NCBI GenBank assembly: GCA_015680685.1
Contig: MNCI01000527.1
Span: 429,588 to 493,587 of the forward strand
Length of the DNA: 64,000 bases
Direction of reading: 5' to 3'
Source of the DNA: Gnetum montanum
Lineage: Eukaryota; Plantae; Gnetophyta
This document shows, one piece after another, positions 1-13,323 of the stretch. How positions within the stretch are numbered: the stretch's first letter is position 1; every line of letters begins with the position of its first letter. The notes below the pieces were generated by a model. The model saw only the letters and a list, made by a program, of their open reading frames with translations. It had not been told where the DNA came from and searched no databases. The position numbers and the translations under genes were made by a program.

Positions 1-259
1 CTACCTCTATTCCTGAATGTGAAATCTTATGCCCAAGTACTATGCCTTCTTGGACCATCAAATGGCTTTTCTGCCAGTTGAGCCTTAAGTTGGTTTCTAA
101 GCATCTTGCCTTAAAATATTATTTAATAACCCTAAGCTATGTTGGATCTATTGAAACATTTCATCAAAATGTTAACTATAAATCATCGAGGTCATCTATT
201 AATGTTTATGACCTTAATGTTTTGTTATCAATGCTTTCTTAAATATTTTCAGTGGATTA

Positions 260-1800
260 TTATTGACAACCATCATCAAATACATCATCAAAATATTTTA
301 ATTCTAAGATTTCAATTTTTTGTTGTAACAGAAAATGATCTAGGATGGCTAACTTCATAGATTGATATTTACTAAAAACCTCTAATGCATCTAATTTGTT
401 ATAATCTTGAGTGTGAGAATAAAAATATTCATTCCTAAATAAATTGATATATGCATGTTCAATTTCTTTAATTATCATAATCACCTTTATAGCATGTTTA
501 GAAAGATGTCCATGTTGTACCAATGAACACTCATATGTAATGGCAAGTGAATACACTTTACTAATAGCATATAAATGCATTGGCTTACATGGATATTGAC
601 TTTCTACATGATAAGAATCTTCAACATAAGCCTATTATATACAATCTAAATTGAATATCTCTAATGCTTTATTCCATGAGCATTTATTATTATTATGAAC
701 TCTTTTGTTAATAAGATAACCAACATTCTTTAATCTATTGTTATTCCAATAATGTGGTTGAGCTTTATAAAGGTAGACAATAAGCTAATCATTTCTTTCA
801 GTTGTTCAATTGGCTTGTTCACTTAGGTATTTACTTTTTAAGAAGTCATTCTATGATTCAATAGCATTGTTTATATATTGCTAAGCATGAGGCACATTGT
901 GAAAACTTTCTATCTACATGTGTATATAACAAAAAGAAAAAATTTATTAATGTAACAAATTGTAAAAAAAATATTAATTATTGAAAGAACATATTCAATA
1001 TTATAAACTTATGAAATTTCTTATTTTTTAATCCAATGTATATTAATGTATTCAATGAAAGATATTTGTTGATAGAATTAAATCTAAAACTATAGTAGTC
1101 CTTGAATAACGTCAATTTTTTGCTCACTATTATACATGATATGAAATAGGCATTTATATATGCACCTACAGACCTCAACATCTTTGACTTTTATGATAAA
1201 ATATTTTATCCACACACAATTAACATGCTAAATACATAGAAAAATTCAACATCCAAGAACATCCATTCTAAAATATTAATAAAAGTGGCATTATAAGAAA
1301 AAAATAGCATAGATGAAAATATGAAAAAATATTTCCATGTAAATATTTAATAGTTACCTAATTGCATTAATTTCAATGATTGATTCATCCATTAAAAATG
1401 CATTAATCTTTGAATTTTTTAAAGATCTATGACACATATTAACTAAACGTTTCTAGCCATACTTGGATATCTACTACTTGAGCTCTTAACGAAATGATTT
1501 AAGCCATAGGTTTTCCACTATAAAATCCATGAAAATCCATTTTGTTATAAAGTATATACCCTCTCTTTCTTCTTACTCTTGGTCTTTCAATACATACTCT
1601 GACTACCTATATACTCTTGACCAAATGGAGGTCTAGTATGTCTATTTATAATTTTTTTCACATGTCTTTTCATCTTCTTGATATACAAAATTATAATTTT
1701 GAATCTATTGGAATCCATACAAAAATTTCTCATAGTTGTATAAGATGTCTTTGTGTGAGAAAATACATCTTTCTTGATTATGAGTAGGTGATAGTTCATA
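260..1800 (-). mobile_element. Decayed intron-containing MULE/SWIM-type transposase (At1g60560/At4g13970-like family)
   Basis: Hand translation across stops and frameshifts gives GKPMA(W)IIS, KINAFLMDESIIEINAIR|gt, LCI(W)HVNCVWIK, NVPHA*QYINNAIES, QPHYW and a SWIM remnant ECSLVQHGHLSKHAIKV. Family assignment is from motif recall. Boundaries approximate. Confidence 0.65.
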
Positions 1801-2237
1801 TATTTTTAACAAGTGGAAGACATCTTTTAATCCAACAAGACATCTTTTGGCTATAAAAGATATATATCTAAAATTCAATAGGAATGTGCAGAAGATGTCT
1901 TTCAGGAGGAAAAGATATCTTTTAGATGTGGAAGATATCTTTCTTGCTAGTAGTCAAAATAATAAAATATATATAATGAAGTTCCAAATTTCCAAATACA
2001 TATCCAATTATCTTTTCTTGATCTTAAACATCTATACACTATTAAGGATACATAAATACAAATAATAAGAATCATAGAAAGATAATTCATTGACAATGAC
2101 ACATGAGTTGGGTGATGTCTTCATCATTTTACTAGAAAAGAAATACCTTAATTATAATAATAAATGGGGCCAAGTCCTCCATCTTTCTTGCTACTAGCTC
2201 AAATATCCCAAGCAACTCTAGAAAAATCTTTTCTATG

Positions 2238-3094
2238 TGATGAGTGGCGAGGTACCCTTACGCTCAACCATATGAATACAAGTGTTTCACGCACAATCCA
2301 ATCGAATTCCAAGGACTAAGTGCTTATGTGGCNNNNNNNNNNNNNNNNNNNNNNNNNNNNNNNNNNNNNNNNNNNNNNNNNNNNNNNNNNNNNNNNNNNN
2401 NNNNNNNNNNNNNNNNNNNNNNNNNNNNNNNNNNNNNNNNNNNNNNNNNNNNNNNNNNNNNNNNNNNNNNNNNNNNNNNNNNNNTTACTAGGTTACCAAG
2501 CATTACACACATGCTCGAAGTGGTCGTGCTTGAGTAATTTAACTATTTGCTTAATTGATCAAAATGAATTTTTGTGCTAATAACAGAAATGTAAAGTGCA
2601 TAAAATAAAATAAATGCATAAGAAAACAAATCTCAAGTGCTGCAAGGATGAATCAAAAAGCTCGTCTTTATTACCGTACACAACATGTGCTCAGGTACAT
2701 AATGCTTGAATAAAGGTCCATCCACACTTAGACCTCCTATTGTGGGCACTTGGAAAATACTCTAACTTTCAAACAGACTATAAGAGTTTTGCTACTTCAC
2801 TTCTAAAAGACTTCTTCCCAATTGTGCGCCTAGGCACTATATTTATAGGCTTGTGAGCAACTAATCTAATAATTAGAATAACCGCTCTAATAATTAGAAT
2901 AATTGTTAAAGCAACCACTAGAGTAACCACTTTAATAATTAGAATAACTACTAGAGTAACCGCTAGAGTAACCACTCTAATAATTAGAATAACTACTAGA
3001 GTAACCACTCTAATAATTAAAGTAACTACTAAAGTAACCACTAGAGTAACCATTCTAATAATTAGAATAACTACTAAAGTAACCACTCTCATCA
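2238..3094 (-). repeat. 3' LTR of Athila-like copy A (contains an N gap)
   Basis: TGATGAG...CTCATCA termini. Homologous to the LTRs at 47136, 58461 and 62230. Abuts the PPT. Confidence 0.85.
2861..3090. repeat. Compound minisatellite (TAGAGTAACCAC and CTAATAATTAGAATAA units) in the U3 part of the LTR
   Basis: Interleaved repeated units are directly visible. They produce the spurious VVTLVVILII ORF. Confidence 0.9.
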
Positions 3095-6000
3095 TACCCC
3101 CATGACTGAATGAAAACTCATCCTCGAGTTCCTTACAAAATATTGGGAAGGTATGGGATTATTGACTAATTGACAACTGACGATGAAATAGGATGACAGA
3201 CTCAATGTGCCCAGTGAACGAATCAATAAGCATATTACAACATTAGTGTTCATGACCATTGTGGTGAACACTCATACATAAATGACATCCAAGCCTTTAT
3301 TTGGCACCTTGAAGAGAAAAAGAGAGAGAGAGAGAGAGAAGATGGAGCGTGTTGCCACCAATGCTGAGATTGCACTTTCCATTGTTTATCCATAGCCATG
3401 CCACCAAACTTACTCCTTTCATAAATGCTCTAGTTATGGTCCATCCTAAGTGCTTCCTCTAAGCCTAGTCCATTGTTTGTATGATCGCCATCTACACACA
3501 CAACACAATCACAAATGAGCAAGGATAGATAATCCACAATGTAGTTGATACCTTGCCTCGATATGAAGCGCATTGGTTAAGTTGTGGTTATGGCATAAAC
3601 TGGTTCAAAGATTTATCACTAGCAACTACCCAAGGTGTAGGGGTTAAGCAATTAGTAAAATGGAAAAAATTGAAAAATCTATGCTAGGGCCCCCACGACT
3701 AAGAGCGAACCTCTGGTAGCTATAAGATGGAAAAACATGAGGAACAAGAAAGATGAAAAATATCAACAGAAACACCAATAAAATGGATGTCATGGATGGG
3801 GATGAAACAAGAAATGAATGATTGTAGGAAATGTTTAAGGGAAAGAAGTTAACAATTGCACCAAAAAGAAATGTCAGTGGGTCCTCCCCAAAGTAGGCTC
3901 ATGGCCTGTATGCCCTAACAAACCCCACAAACCAAAGAGTTCGTAGGCTCTAGGAATGTCATTTGGAAGCAAGAGTTAAAAACTTACCCACAAGAATTCA
4001 CCAAAGAAAAACAATGCATCAACCCAGAACAGACTAATGATAACACCGACAATGAGGTGGAAAATGGAAAGAAAGATGGAGAGGAGAGAATGAAATGGAA
4101 TCCCAAGAACAAGGTTGTGTAAAGCCCCTTGTGTATTTCATGGTTAAGATAACTAAGTAGAATTCATCCCAAATCCAGACTCAAACCAACCACATTCAGT
4201 GACCTTGCATCAATACACTTGGCAAATTCATCCTCTTGAGGCAACAAGAATGCTTACATAAAGAGTGACCACCATCCCAAGGAGAGTGGGACGGAGAAGC
4301 AAGAAGCGAGAAAGGGCCTTAGTTAGAGGGAACCTTCAAGCATGGGTAACATGTCTTTCCAGTGCCATAACCAACACTTGTAGCCCATATTGCTTTATTA
4401 TGTCTAAGGGGTGTGCTTTGAATTCTCACCTTTTTCTCTCTCTTTTTATGTTTATGCATGAGAACCACACCATGCAAATACTTATTTTTATTCACTCAGT
4501 TTCCTGATATTTGAAGAATGTCAGAATGGCGGAAAACCCAAGAAAAAGCATCCAAGCACCTAAGAGAATGGCCAGCACCAATGCATCAAATCCCCTTGAA
4601 GTCACACCCTTTTCATCCTTTGAGTCTTTCCTTGGTTTGAAAAATACCCAGCCACCACTTCATTAACAAGTTTACTTAGAAAAAGGGAACTGTACAATTC
4701 CAAGCCAAAGGAGACCATAGAGTTGTATGGATGAGTGGATGGNNNNNNNNNNNNNNNNNNNNNNNNNNNNNNNNNNNNNNNNNNNNNNNNNNNNNNNNNN
4801 NNNNNNNNNNNNNNNNNNNNNNNNNNNNNNNNNNNNNNNNNNNNNNNNNNNNNNNNNNNNNNNNNNNNNNNNNNNNNNNNNNNNNNNNNNNNNNNNNNNN
4901 NNNNNNNNNNNNNNNNNNNNNNNNNNNNNNNNNNNNNNNNNNNNNNNNNNNNNNNNNNNNNNNNNNNNNNNNNNNNNNNNNNNNNNNNNNNNNNNNNNNN
5001 NNNNNNNNNNNNNNNNNNNNNNNNNNNNNNNNNNNNNNNNNNNNNNNNNNNNNNNNNNNNNNNNNNNNNNNNNNNNNNNNNNNNNNNNNNNNNNNNNNNN
5101 NNNNNNNNNNNNNNNNNNNNNNNNNNNNNNNNNNNNNNNNNNNNNNNNNNNNNNNNNNNNNNNNNNNNNNNNNNNNNNNNNNNNNNNNNNNNNNNNNNNN
5201 NNNNNNNNNNNNNNNNNNNNNNNNNNNNNNNNNNNNNNNNNNNNNNNNNNNNNNNNNNNNNNNNNNNNNNNNNNNNNNNNNNNNNNNNNNNNNNNNNNNN
5301 NNNNNNNNNNNNNNNNNNNNNNNNNNNNNNNNTATGCCCAAAGAGCATCGTTCAGTTTAGTGCTCCAATCTCACCTAAACTTGCTAATGGTTCTTGTCAA
5401 TATCTTCGTAATCTCCCTGTTGGTGACTTCTACTTGACTATTCACTTAGGGGTGGTATGGTGTAGTCAATTTATGCTCAACCCCTAAGTGTTGCATTAAT
5501 TTCCAAAAATTTGCACCTATGAAGTATGTACCATTGTCTGAAATAAGTGCACGTGGCACACCAAACCTATTTATGATTTGTTGTTGAACAAATCGTGTAG
5601 CTGTAGATGGTGTACAATCTTTAACAGCAACTGCTTTGGCCCATTTTGTTAGGTAATCAACAGAAACAATAATATAAGATTTTCCATTGGACATTGGTGT
5701 AATCAGCCCCATAAAATCAATTCCCCAAATGTCAAAGGGTTCTAACAGTTGAATCCATTGTTGCGAACCCTCCATTCTAGCAGTCATTCCCCCATCACGT
5801 TGACAGCGCTCACAAGATTCAACAAAATGATGGGCATCCTGAAATAATGTAGGCCAATAATATCCAGCAAGTAGGATCTTGATGGTCGTTCATCTCCCAG
5901 TGTAATGACCCTCACAAGGACCCTCATGAGTATCTTGGAGAACTTACAGTTGATCTATATCGGGAACACACCATCGAACGAAGCCATCAGGACACACTTT

Positions 6001-9000
6001 GTAAAGTTTCCCATTGATCTCCATAAAGTACTTGGCTCGGTGAAGAACTATTGTTTCTTCTTAAGGTTTAATTCTTGTGGTGTTTGTTGGGTGAGGAGAT
6101 AGGTAAGAATACTACTATGCTAGCTTGTCTCCATGGGTAATTGATTATTCACTACACCAACAAAAAGGAATTCATCAGGGAAATGATCAAAAATTGGATA
6201 CTCATCCTTTTTGTTATCCCATCACAACAAAGATAAATGATTAACAACTACATTCTCAATGCCTTTGTGATTGATCATCATTAAATCAAACTCTTGTAAG
6301 ATTACAAGCCATCATATGATGCGAAGGCTTACCATTGGCTTATTCATGAGGAACCAAATTGCACTATGATCAGTATGTATATATACTTTATATCCCAATA
6401 CATAGTGTCTGAACTTTTCTAGTGCAAACACTATAGCCATTAATTCTTTCTCTATGGTAGTGTAGTTAAGTTATGCACTACGATACTTCTACTTGCACAA
6501 TGGATGTAATAAGGATGCTTCTGGTCATCTAACTGTGTAAGTACAACTCCTAAAGCATAGTTGGATGCATCAGTCATGATATGGAATGGTTTGGACCAAT
6601 CAAGAGCTTGTAGAATGGGTGTTTCTACTAGCTTCTATTTCAGAGTTTGGAAAGCTAATACGCATTCCCTGGTCCACTCGAAAGGTATGTCCTTTTTAAT
6701 AAATTTCACCAATGGTTTGGAAACCTTTGAAAAGTTCTCAATAAATCTCCTATAGTAGCTAGTATGTCCAAGGAATGATTGAATATCTTTGACAATTTTC
6801 GATTGATGGGTAATTCCTTGGATAATTTTGATTTTCTCGAGGTCTACCTCTATCCCTGTGTGTGAGATGTTGTGCCCTAGTACTACGCCTTCTTGGATCA
6901 TCAAATGACTTTTCTACCAATTGAGCCTCAAATTGGTTTCTACACATCTTTTTAACACTTGCTCCAACTAGTCCAAGGCTTGATCAAAATTTGCTCCATA
7001 AGTGGAGAAGTCGTCCATAAAGACCTCCACGCCATTCCCTATTTTCTGTTGGAATATGCATAGAACTAGTTATTGAAATGTTGCAAGGGCATTGCACAAG
7101 CTTAACAACATCTGTTTGAATGTAAAAATTCCCCAAGGACTGGTGAATGTAGTCTTGGCTTGGTCTTATGGGGCTATTTGTATTTGGTTATATCTGCTAT
7201 ATCCATCCAGAAAACTGTAATAGTGATGCCCTGTGATGGTGTCTAAGACTTGGTCGACAAATGGCAATGGAAAGTGATCTTTGAATGTTTCCATATTTAG
7301 TAGCCTAAAATATATGCACACCCTCCATTTGCCTCCCTTTTTAGGCATAATAACTAAGGAGCTAACCCATTCGCTATCAACAATGGGGTATATGAGCCCA
7401 GCCTTGAGAAGCTGTTTGATTTCTTCCTTAACTACTTACTTCAGCTTAGGATTCAATCGCCTTTGCAGTTATCTTTGAGGCTTCATGGAGGGGTCAGTGT
7501 AAATTCTATGTTGGCATATCCTAGGATCTATTCCAGTTAATTTTGGATATGACCAAGCAAAGGCTTCTGACCATTTATTTATTACCTTCAATAGTTCTTC
7601 TTTCTGTTGAGGAGTAAGCTTAGCATTGATAATTACTAATTTTCCATTTTTAAGGAACATGTATTCCATATCAGTGGGTAATGGTTTCAGCTCGAGGGGC
7701 TCCTGCTTAAACTTCTTAAGGATTTCCAACTTCCTCCAATTGATATTTTCAAGGTATAGACTTGGAAGTTGGTGGTAGACTTTCTCTAATGTGTCTTTGC
7801 TATCAATGTAAATGCAAGTCAAACCCTCAATTGATTCCATGTATATGAGTGAACTGCTTTCTTGATCAACTATCAGCCACTGGATGTCTTCCTGTAGTGT
7901 GGCTGCTGCATATAGGCATCTTTATATGTTAATCACTTGTGCACACTAATTGCATGCAGGCAATGTTAAACTTTGCACAAACCATGACCTCTGCATGCAA
8001 TTACACCCTATGTCACTGTATGTGATGCACGAAACTTTCTTCTTCTCAATCTTTTCGAATGTATTTTCCTTTGATATTTCTAGGGAAAGATTGTGGATTC
8101 CTAGGTGTGCATCAATGGTGCTTTGCCATGCTCTTCCCATTATGATTAGGAAGTTCCCCTTACCATTGTTTACCTGAATCATTAAGAAGTCAGTTGGGTA
8201 TGACCACTCACAAATAGTGGTAACAATGTCTTCCACCAGTCCCAATGGAACAATGATGGACTAGTCGGCCAACTCTAGACAGATGTTGCTCTTTTTCAAT
8301 GGAGGCAAGTTTCAGGCCTTGTACATTTCTTGAGAAATCAAGTTGACACCGAAACTTGATTCCAAAAGAGCCTTGCATGGCACATTTCTAGTGATTTGTA
8401 AGTACATCAAAGGACTCCTAGGATCATAAAATTTCCTAGGAAGGTGGCCATCTTTGATCCAATCAGTGATGCCATGTGTTAGCATGACTGTATGCGTTGA
8501 GTGTGCTGATTGGGTTGAAGGGGGCTTTAAAGTTTTGATTGATACTAAGGCATCTAAGGAATCAGCTGCTTGTAATTGTAAGGGCTTGGTTGGACTACTA
8601 GTTCTAAAGAAATGTCTTTTCTTCATGTTTTTGCTGGAACCAATACTAGGTTGAGAGTTAACAACCCTCCTGGTGTTACGTTGTTGTGGCTGGGTAGGGA
8701 TTTCACCTTGCATCGTNGTAGGTTGAGAGTTAACAGCCCTCTTGGTGTTACGTTGTTGTGGCTGGGTAGGGATTTCACCTTGCATCGTAGGAGCAGGTGG
8801 TAGTGGAGCTATTGATGCAAGAGATGCCGCTGGATGAGAAGGATGATATGCTTGTGGAATATTGCCTCTAGAAGAGGGAGTCCCATAATACTCATGGGCT
8901 TAGTAGTGAGGTTGAGGAGTGACGTGACCAGTAGAGTCACGTGGGGAGATTGGCTACTGCATGTAATAACCATATAGGTCAGGTTTTCGGTAAGGATACT

Positions 9001-11174
9001 GTTGCCTTGGTGGTGGCATTCCCCATAATTGTGGGTGCTGCCACTGTTGATATTGCTCAATCGGTTGTGGTGGAGTTCCACTAGGATAATATGTTAAAGG
9101 TTGGTGGAACTACCTTGGGTTACCTTAAGGATAAGGTAACATTTGGGGTGTTTGCCTTTTGTTTAATCATGGGTTGAGTGCATATACCCTAGACTCCTAG
9201 AGATGTGAGATTATAGGACAACATCCCTTAGGATGGTCATATTGACATATCTCACATCCACTATCATTGTACGTTTCCGAATCCACAACCTCTTCAATGA
9301 TGGCAACTTTGCCCTTACCCTTACTACGTGCATGTTTAGCCTCTTTCTTTTTTCTTTTCTTACTACCTTGCTCTCTAGACTCCTCTATTATTTTAAGAAT
9401 AATTTTAAATCTATTATCTAGGAAATCCCACATTTGGTCTACCTTTGTCAAATCTTTTGATGTCATCTTTTGGATAGACAAATTTTTTCTATTCACCATC
9501 TCTTCAAGTGGTGACTCTTCTTCATCCTCACAAGATCTTACTCCAGAGGGAAGGATCTCGATTATACTCTTCCACACTTTCTCTCTTCCATAGCTCACCT
9601 TCTTCCTTAGCAACTTGCTCCAGTAGTCTTTGAATTTGATGGGACCTAAGCTCAGATAGTCCTCCTTGGACATAAGTCCCAAGGGTTCTTCTCGTTTCAT
9701 GCTTAAGCCCATTTATGAGATGGCACAGTTGATCCCTTTGCGAATAACCATGGCCAGGACAATAATGTAATAGTGCATATTATTGGCCCATGGTAGCATC
9801 CAAGGGTTCATGTCTTCCATGTTTCCAGCCTTGGATTTTCTTTCGCAAGTTAGACACTCAAGAGTACATTTGGCACTTGTCATTAAATAGTTCTAACATA
9901 GTACTCCACCTACGAATGGATTCTGGTTCTAAAGACCAGTACCAGCTTTTTACTTCTTTAACTAGTATCCATGGGAACAACTTATGTTTTTTTCATTCAT
10001 TCTCTATGTTCTGTAAGGCACACACATCATGGAATGCTTGTAAATGATTCTAAGGATCAGCATTGTATCCCCCTTCAAATCGTGGGATATTGTTCATATC
10101 TAATCTCTTGATCCTACTAACTTTCTAGTGCCTTTTTGGAATTCTAACTGCCTCAATTATGTCTAACATACTTCAAATAGTGAGTAGGGGTTCATCGTGA
10201 TCATCTCATCCATGGCATCTATGATGCCTACGTTGTTCCCTACTCTCCCTTCTTCTATGTCATGACTCTCTAGAGTGCCCTCGTCCCTTTTCCTAGTTGT
10301 TTTTTCTATGACTTCCACTTTGCCTACATTTATTCCCATGGTCTTTTTCTTTATGACCGCATTCAAATATTGAAGGAGAGGGTGAAGGAGATGATGAAGG
10401 TGAAGAAGAAGGAGAACCGTCACCATGATGGTGTCGCTACCTTCTCTTCTGTGGTCTTGGCCCCGATCGTGATTGCCATCAAAATGTCCATCTTTATCAT
10501 GAGTTCATATCCATTTTTCTGATCCTTTGTGTCCATGTGTATCGATACCTAGGTTATGAATAGTGGACTGAAGGTTCTGATACACAACCCCTTGGCCAAA
10601 GTCAAGGGGAGGAACATCGTTGTGTGGGTAACTACCTCAAGTAGGTTCACCACCCTCATTTTTTCTTAAGACAGGTGGGGCATCCTGGGACCACTTACCT
10701 TTCAAAGACTTATGATGTCTCTCCTATTGCAAGTCCCTTTGATGTTGTGCCTCTATGGAATGGTATTCTCTCGAGTCATGGTCTTGCACAATGTATTTTG
10801 CATGTAAGTGTGGCATGCTAATTCATGTGAGAGCATGAAGAAGCATGCTCAGGACTGAACGATTGGGAGGTAACACTATGTTACCTTCTAAGTCTCACCA
10901 ATGCAATTGTTCATCTTGATGAAGAATAAATGTGAAGTTTGGTATATACTCATCACGATTAATATATACCACTCAAACTTGTTGAGGGACTGCCGGATCA
11001 ACATCATGTGTATTACGCCACCGACTGCTTCCTGTTTCAGACCTAGGCGGTGAGGTGCTTTCGTACAAACAAGGAGACATACTTGTATGTTTAGTGTGCA
11101 AGGTATTCTTATTTATTATTTTCTCAACCAACCCTAAGGGTTTGTTCCAATGATGTGAATGATTTCCTATGTTC

Positions 11175-11290
11175 ATACCCCCACAACTGAATGAAAACTC
11201 GTCCTCCCGTTCTTTTACAAAATTGGGAAGGTATGGAATTATTGACCAACTTTTCTTAAAACAAAACAACTTGACAAAAAATGGAGTGTA
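11175..11290 (-). mobile_element. Orphan PPT-proximal fragment of the Athila-like family
   Basis: tacccccacaactgaatgaaaactc...ttacaaaattgggaaggtatgg matches 3095-3170 and 63137-63260. Confidence 0.8.
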
Positions 11291-11539
11291 AGAAATAGTA
11301 ATATACAGTTTGATAGTTTAAATACTGATCTAAATACCACCGTGATGCATTTCAATTGAGATATAAATTAATAATATAAAAAATTTATTAAGGTCACAAA
11401 GCCAAAGTAATATTAGAGAATGATCACCATGGCATCTAATTCAAAGAAACCTTTGGCTTTGGTAATCAAGGCTTTTTTAAACTTTTTAGTTCTTCCATAT
11501 AGAAGACCTATCCACTACAGGCCATAAGCATGTAATTAA

Positions 11540-12600
11540 AGTGCAAATGAATATGGATGTCTAATTCAACAATATGAATGTAATAGCAATTTTATATAGC
11601 TTTTCCTTCACCTAGATAGAATTCTTCTATTACAAAGCACACTACTTCCATCCTATTTAAATTATGTTATTCACATCATTGTTAATCTCACCATTAATTT
11701 GACTAAGTTACCCAAGTATTTGAGCAAGTTCTCAATTTTGAACTCTAATCTTTTTACTTCTACTAATCTTCGACCTCTTTGATTCTAAAATATTTTTCTA
11801 AGTCTCTAATTTTATAACGAAGGCTTTCTTCAATTTATCCATCAACACAATACCATCTACAAAGAGTATACACCAAAGCATATCATCATGAATATCTTCA
11901 ATCAACTCAACCATAATGACCAAAAAAAAAGGCTTAAAGAAGATCTATCATGTAACTATATAAACTCAAGTTGTGGTTCCATCATACATGTCTTGAATAG
12001 TCTTTACAGGAATATCTTCCTCCTTTAATACCTACAAAGAATCCTCACAAAGGACTTATCATAAACTACTTCAAAATCAATAAAAATCATATACAAATTC
12101 CCTTGCTTCATAAATTGTCCTAGAAAAAAATAACTTTGGTAATTAATATGCCAAGCATAAAACCAATCTACTCTCAAAAATAATTTATTCTCACCTTAAA
12201 AGTTGTTCTACAAGTCTCTTCATAAATCGTCAGTTTGATGTATTTATATTTCCTATGATTTTGAATGTATTGTTTTCTTAGATACGTGAGAAGTACTTCC
12301 CTCTAATTCTCTAGGATTTCCCCCTCCCAAATTTTGATGAATAATGTTATCAACCAAGTGATTCTTCTATCTTTTATGAACTCCATATCTTTATAAGGAT
12401 AGGATACCAATCAGTCATGCAGCTTTACCATTCATCATCTCTATAAGGACTTTCTTTAGTTCAAAAGAATATATATGGTTGGTCATACATCCGTTCAATT
12501 TAATAATATCCAACTTTTTCTCTAGAGAACTCTTTGTTGAGAAGCACCTAAAAATAGGCCCTTCATTGCTCCAAATTTTCATTGAAAAAGTCATTAAGAA
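11540..12600 (-). mobile_element. Degenerate RTE-clade LINE, RT region
   Basis: Motifs GKAA*LIGI, SPFF.VIMVELIEDIHDDMLWCILFVDGIVL, KYLGNL..NGEINNDV and SVLCNRRI, as in plant RTE RT. Confidence 0.75.
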
Positions 12601-13323
12601 TATGCATTGTATTTCTATGATCTCCAAATTTTAATTGTCATTTGATAATTTTTTCAGGATGACATTTATTAAATAAACTCTCAGAAATGTGAAACTGTAT
12701 CTTCCACGCAAAGCTCTCATTTGCTTACATTTCATATCCCTGCACCTGAAAATTAATGGATAAACATAAATGAAAGATAATACAACTCCAACATGAAGAC
12801 GGTTGACAGGGATAACTGGCAGTGCAGACGTGCACTTAAACAACCTCAAATTCATCATTAAGCATAAGTGAAGGTAGACCATGCATGTCTTGATAAGAAT
12901 CAAAATAAAATGAAGCACCAGATAACTAATGTATGATACATATTTGTTCTGTGTATCCTTTGGACATGGTACAGAATTACGAAAAAAAAAAACTTGTCCT
13001 TTGAATGATTTGACTAGAAACCTTCACTTGAACTCCAAAGGGTATCCCTGATGATTTTCTTTAAGGGCGCCTTGAGATTTTCAAGAAAGAAACAATCAGA
13101 TTGAAAATTGCTATTATACAAGTCCTTCACCATTGAAAATCTGTTCAGGCATTGCAAGAATTACAGAAACCACCTGTTGAAGGGAAGACGGCCACTAAAC
13201 GATATGAAGAAAGCAGTGAAACCTAAGTTTTCAGAATTCTAAAATGCACTTCAATATTAAAAGAATTTAACTTAAAACCATCCACAATCCATAACTAATC
13301 ATTACAAAATTACCAGCGTATGA

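Larger units (their letters stand above)
2238..10975 (-). mobile_element. Degenerate Athila-like Ty3/Gypsy LTR retrotransposon, copy A (3' LTR, INT, RH, RT, PR, gag; 5' LTR and accessory ORF missing)
   Basis: Integrase FDIWGIDFMG...ISDNGTYF...TTPYHP (5446-5787). RT KWRVC...KDHFPLPFVDQVLD...FLDGYS and SFLGHTSYYRRFIENFSK (6635-7348). Protease and gag at about 7900-10970. PPT complement TACCCCCA at 3095. Many stops. Confidence 0.9.

Noticed and set aside
2861-3090. CRISPR-like repeat array
   Set aside because: No unique spacers, no cas genes, and a eukaryotic LTR context.
2778-3095. 105-aa hydrophobic repeat ORF (VVTLVVILII...)
   Set aside because: It is a translation of the LTR minisatellite, not a gene.
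4602-5487. Long ORFs of 209-250 aa (and similar ones at 2244-2580)
   Set aside because: They consist mostly of X from N gaps.
8647-8790. 72-bp tandem duplication in gag (MQGEIPTQPQQRNT twice)
   Set aside because: A single N sits exactly at the junction (8717) and copy C has only one unit, so this is likely a contig-overlap or haplotype artefact.
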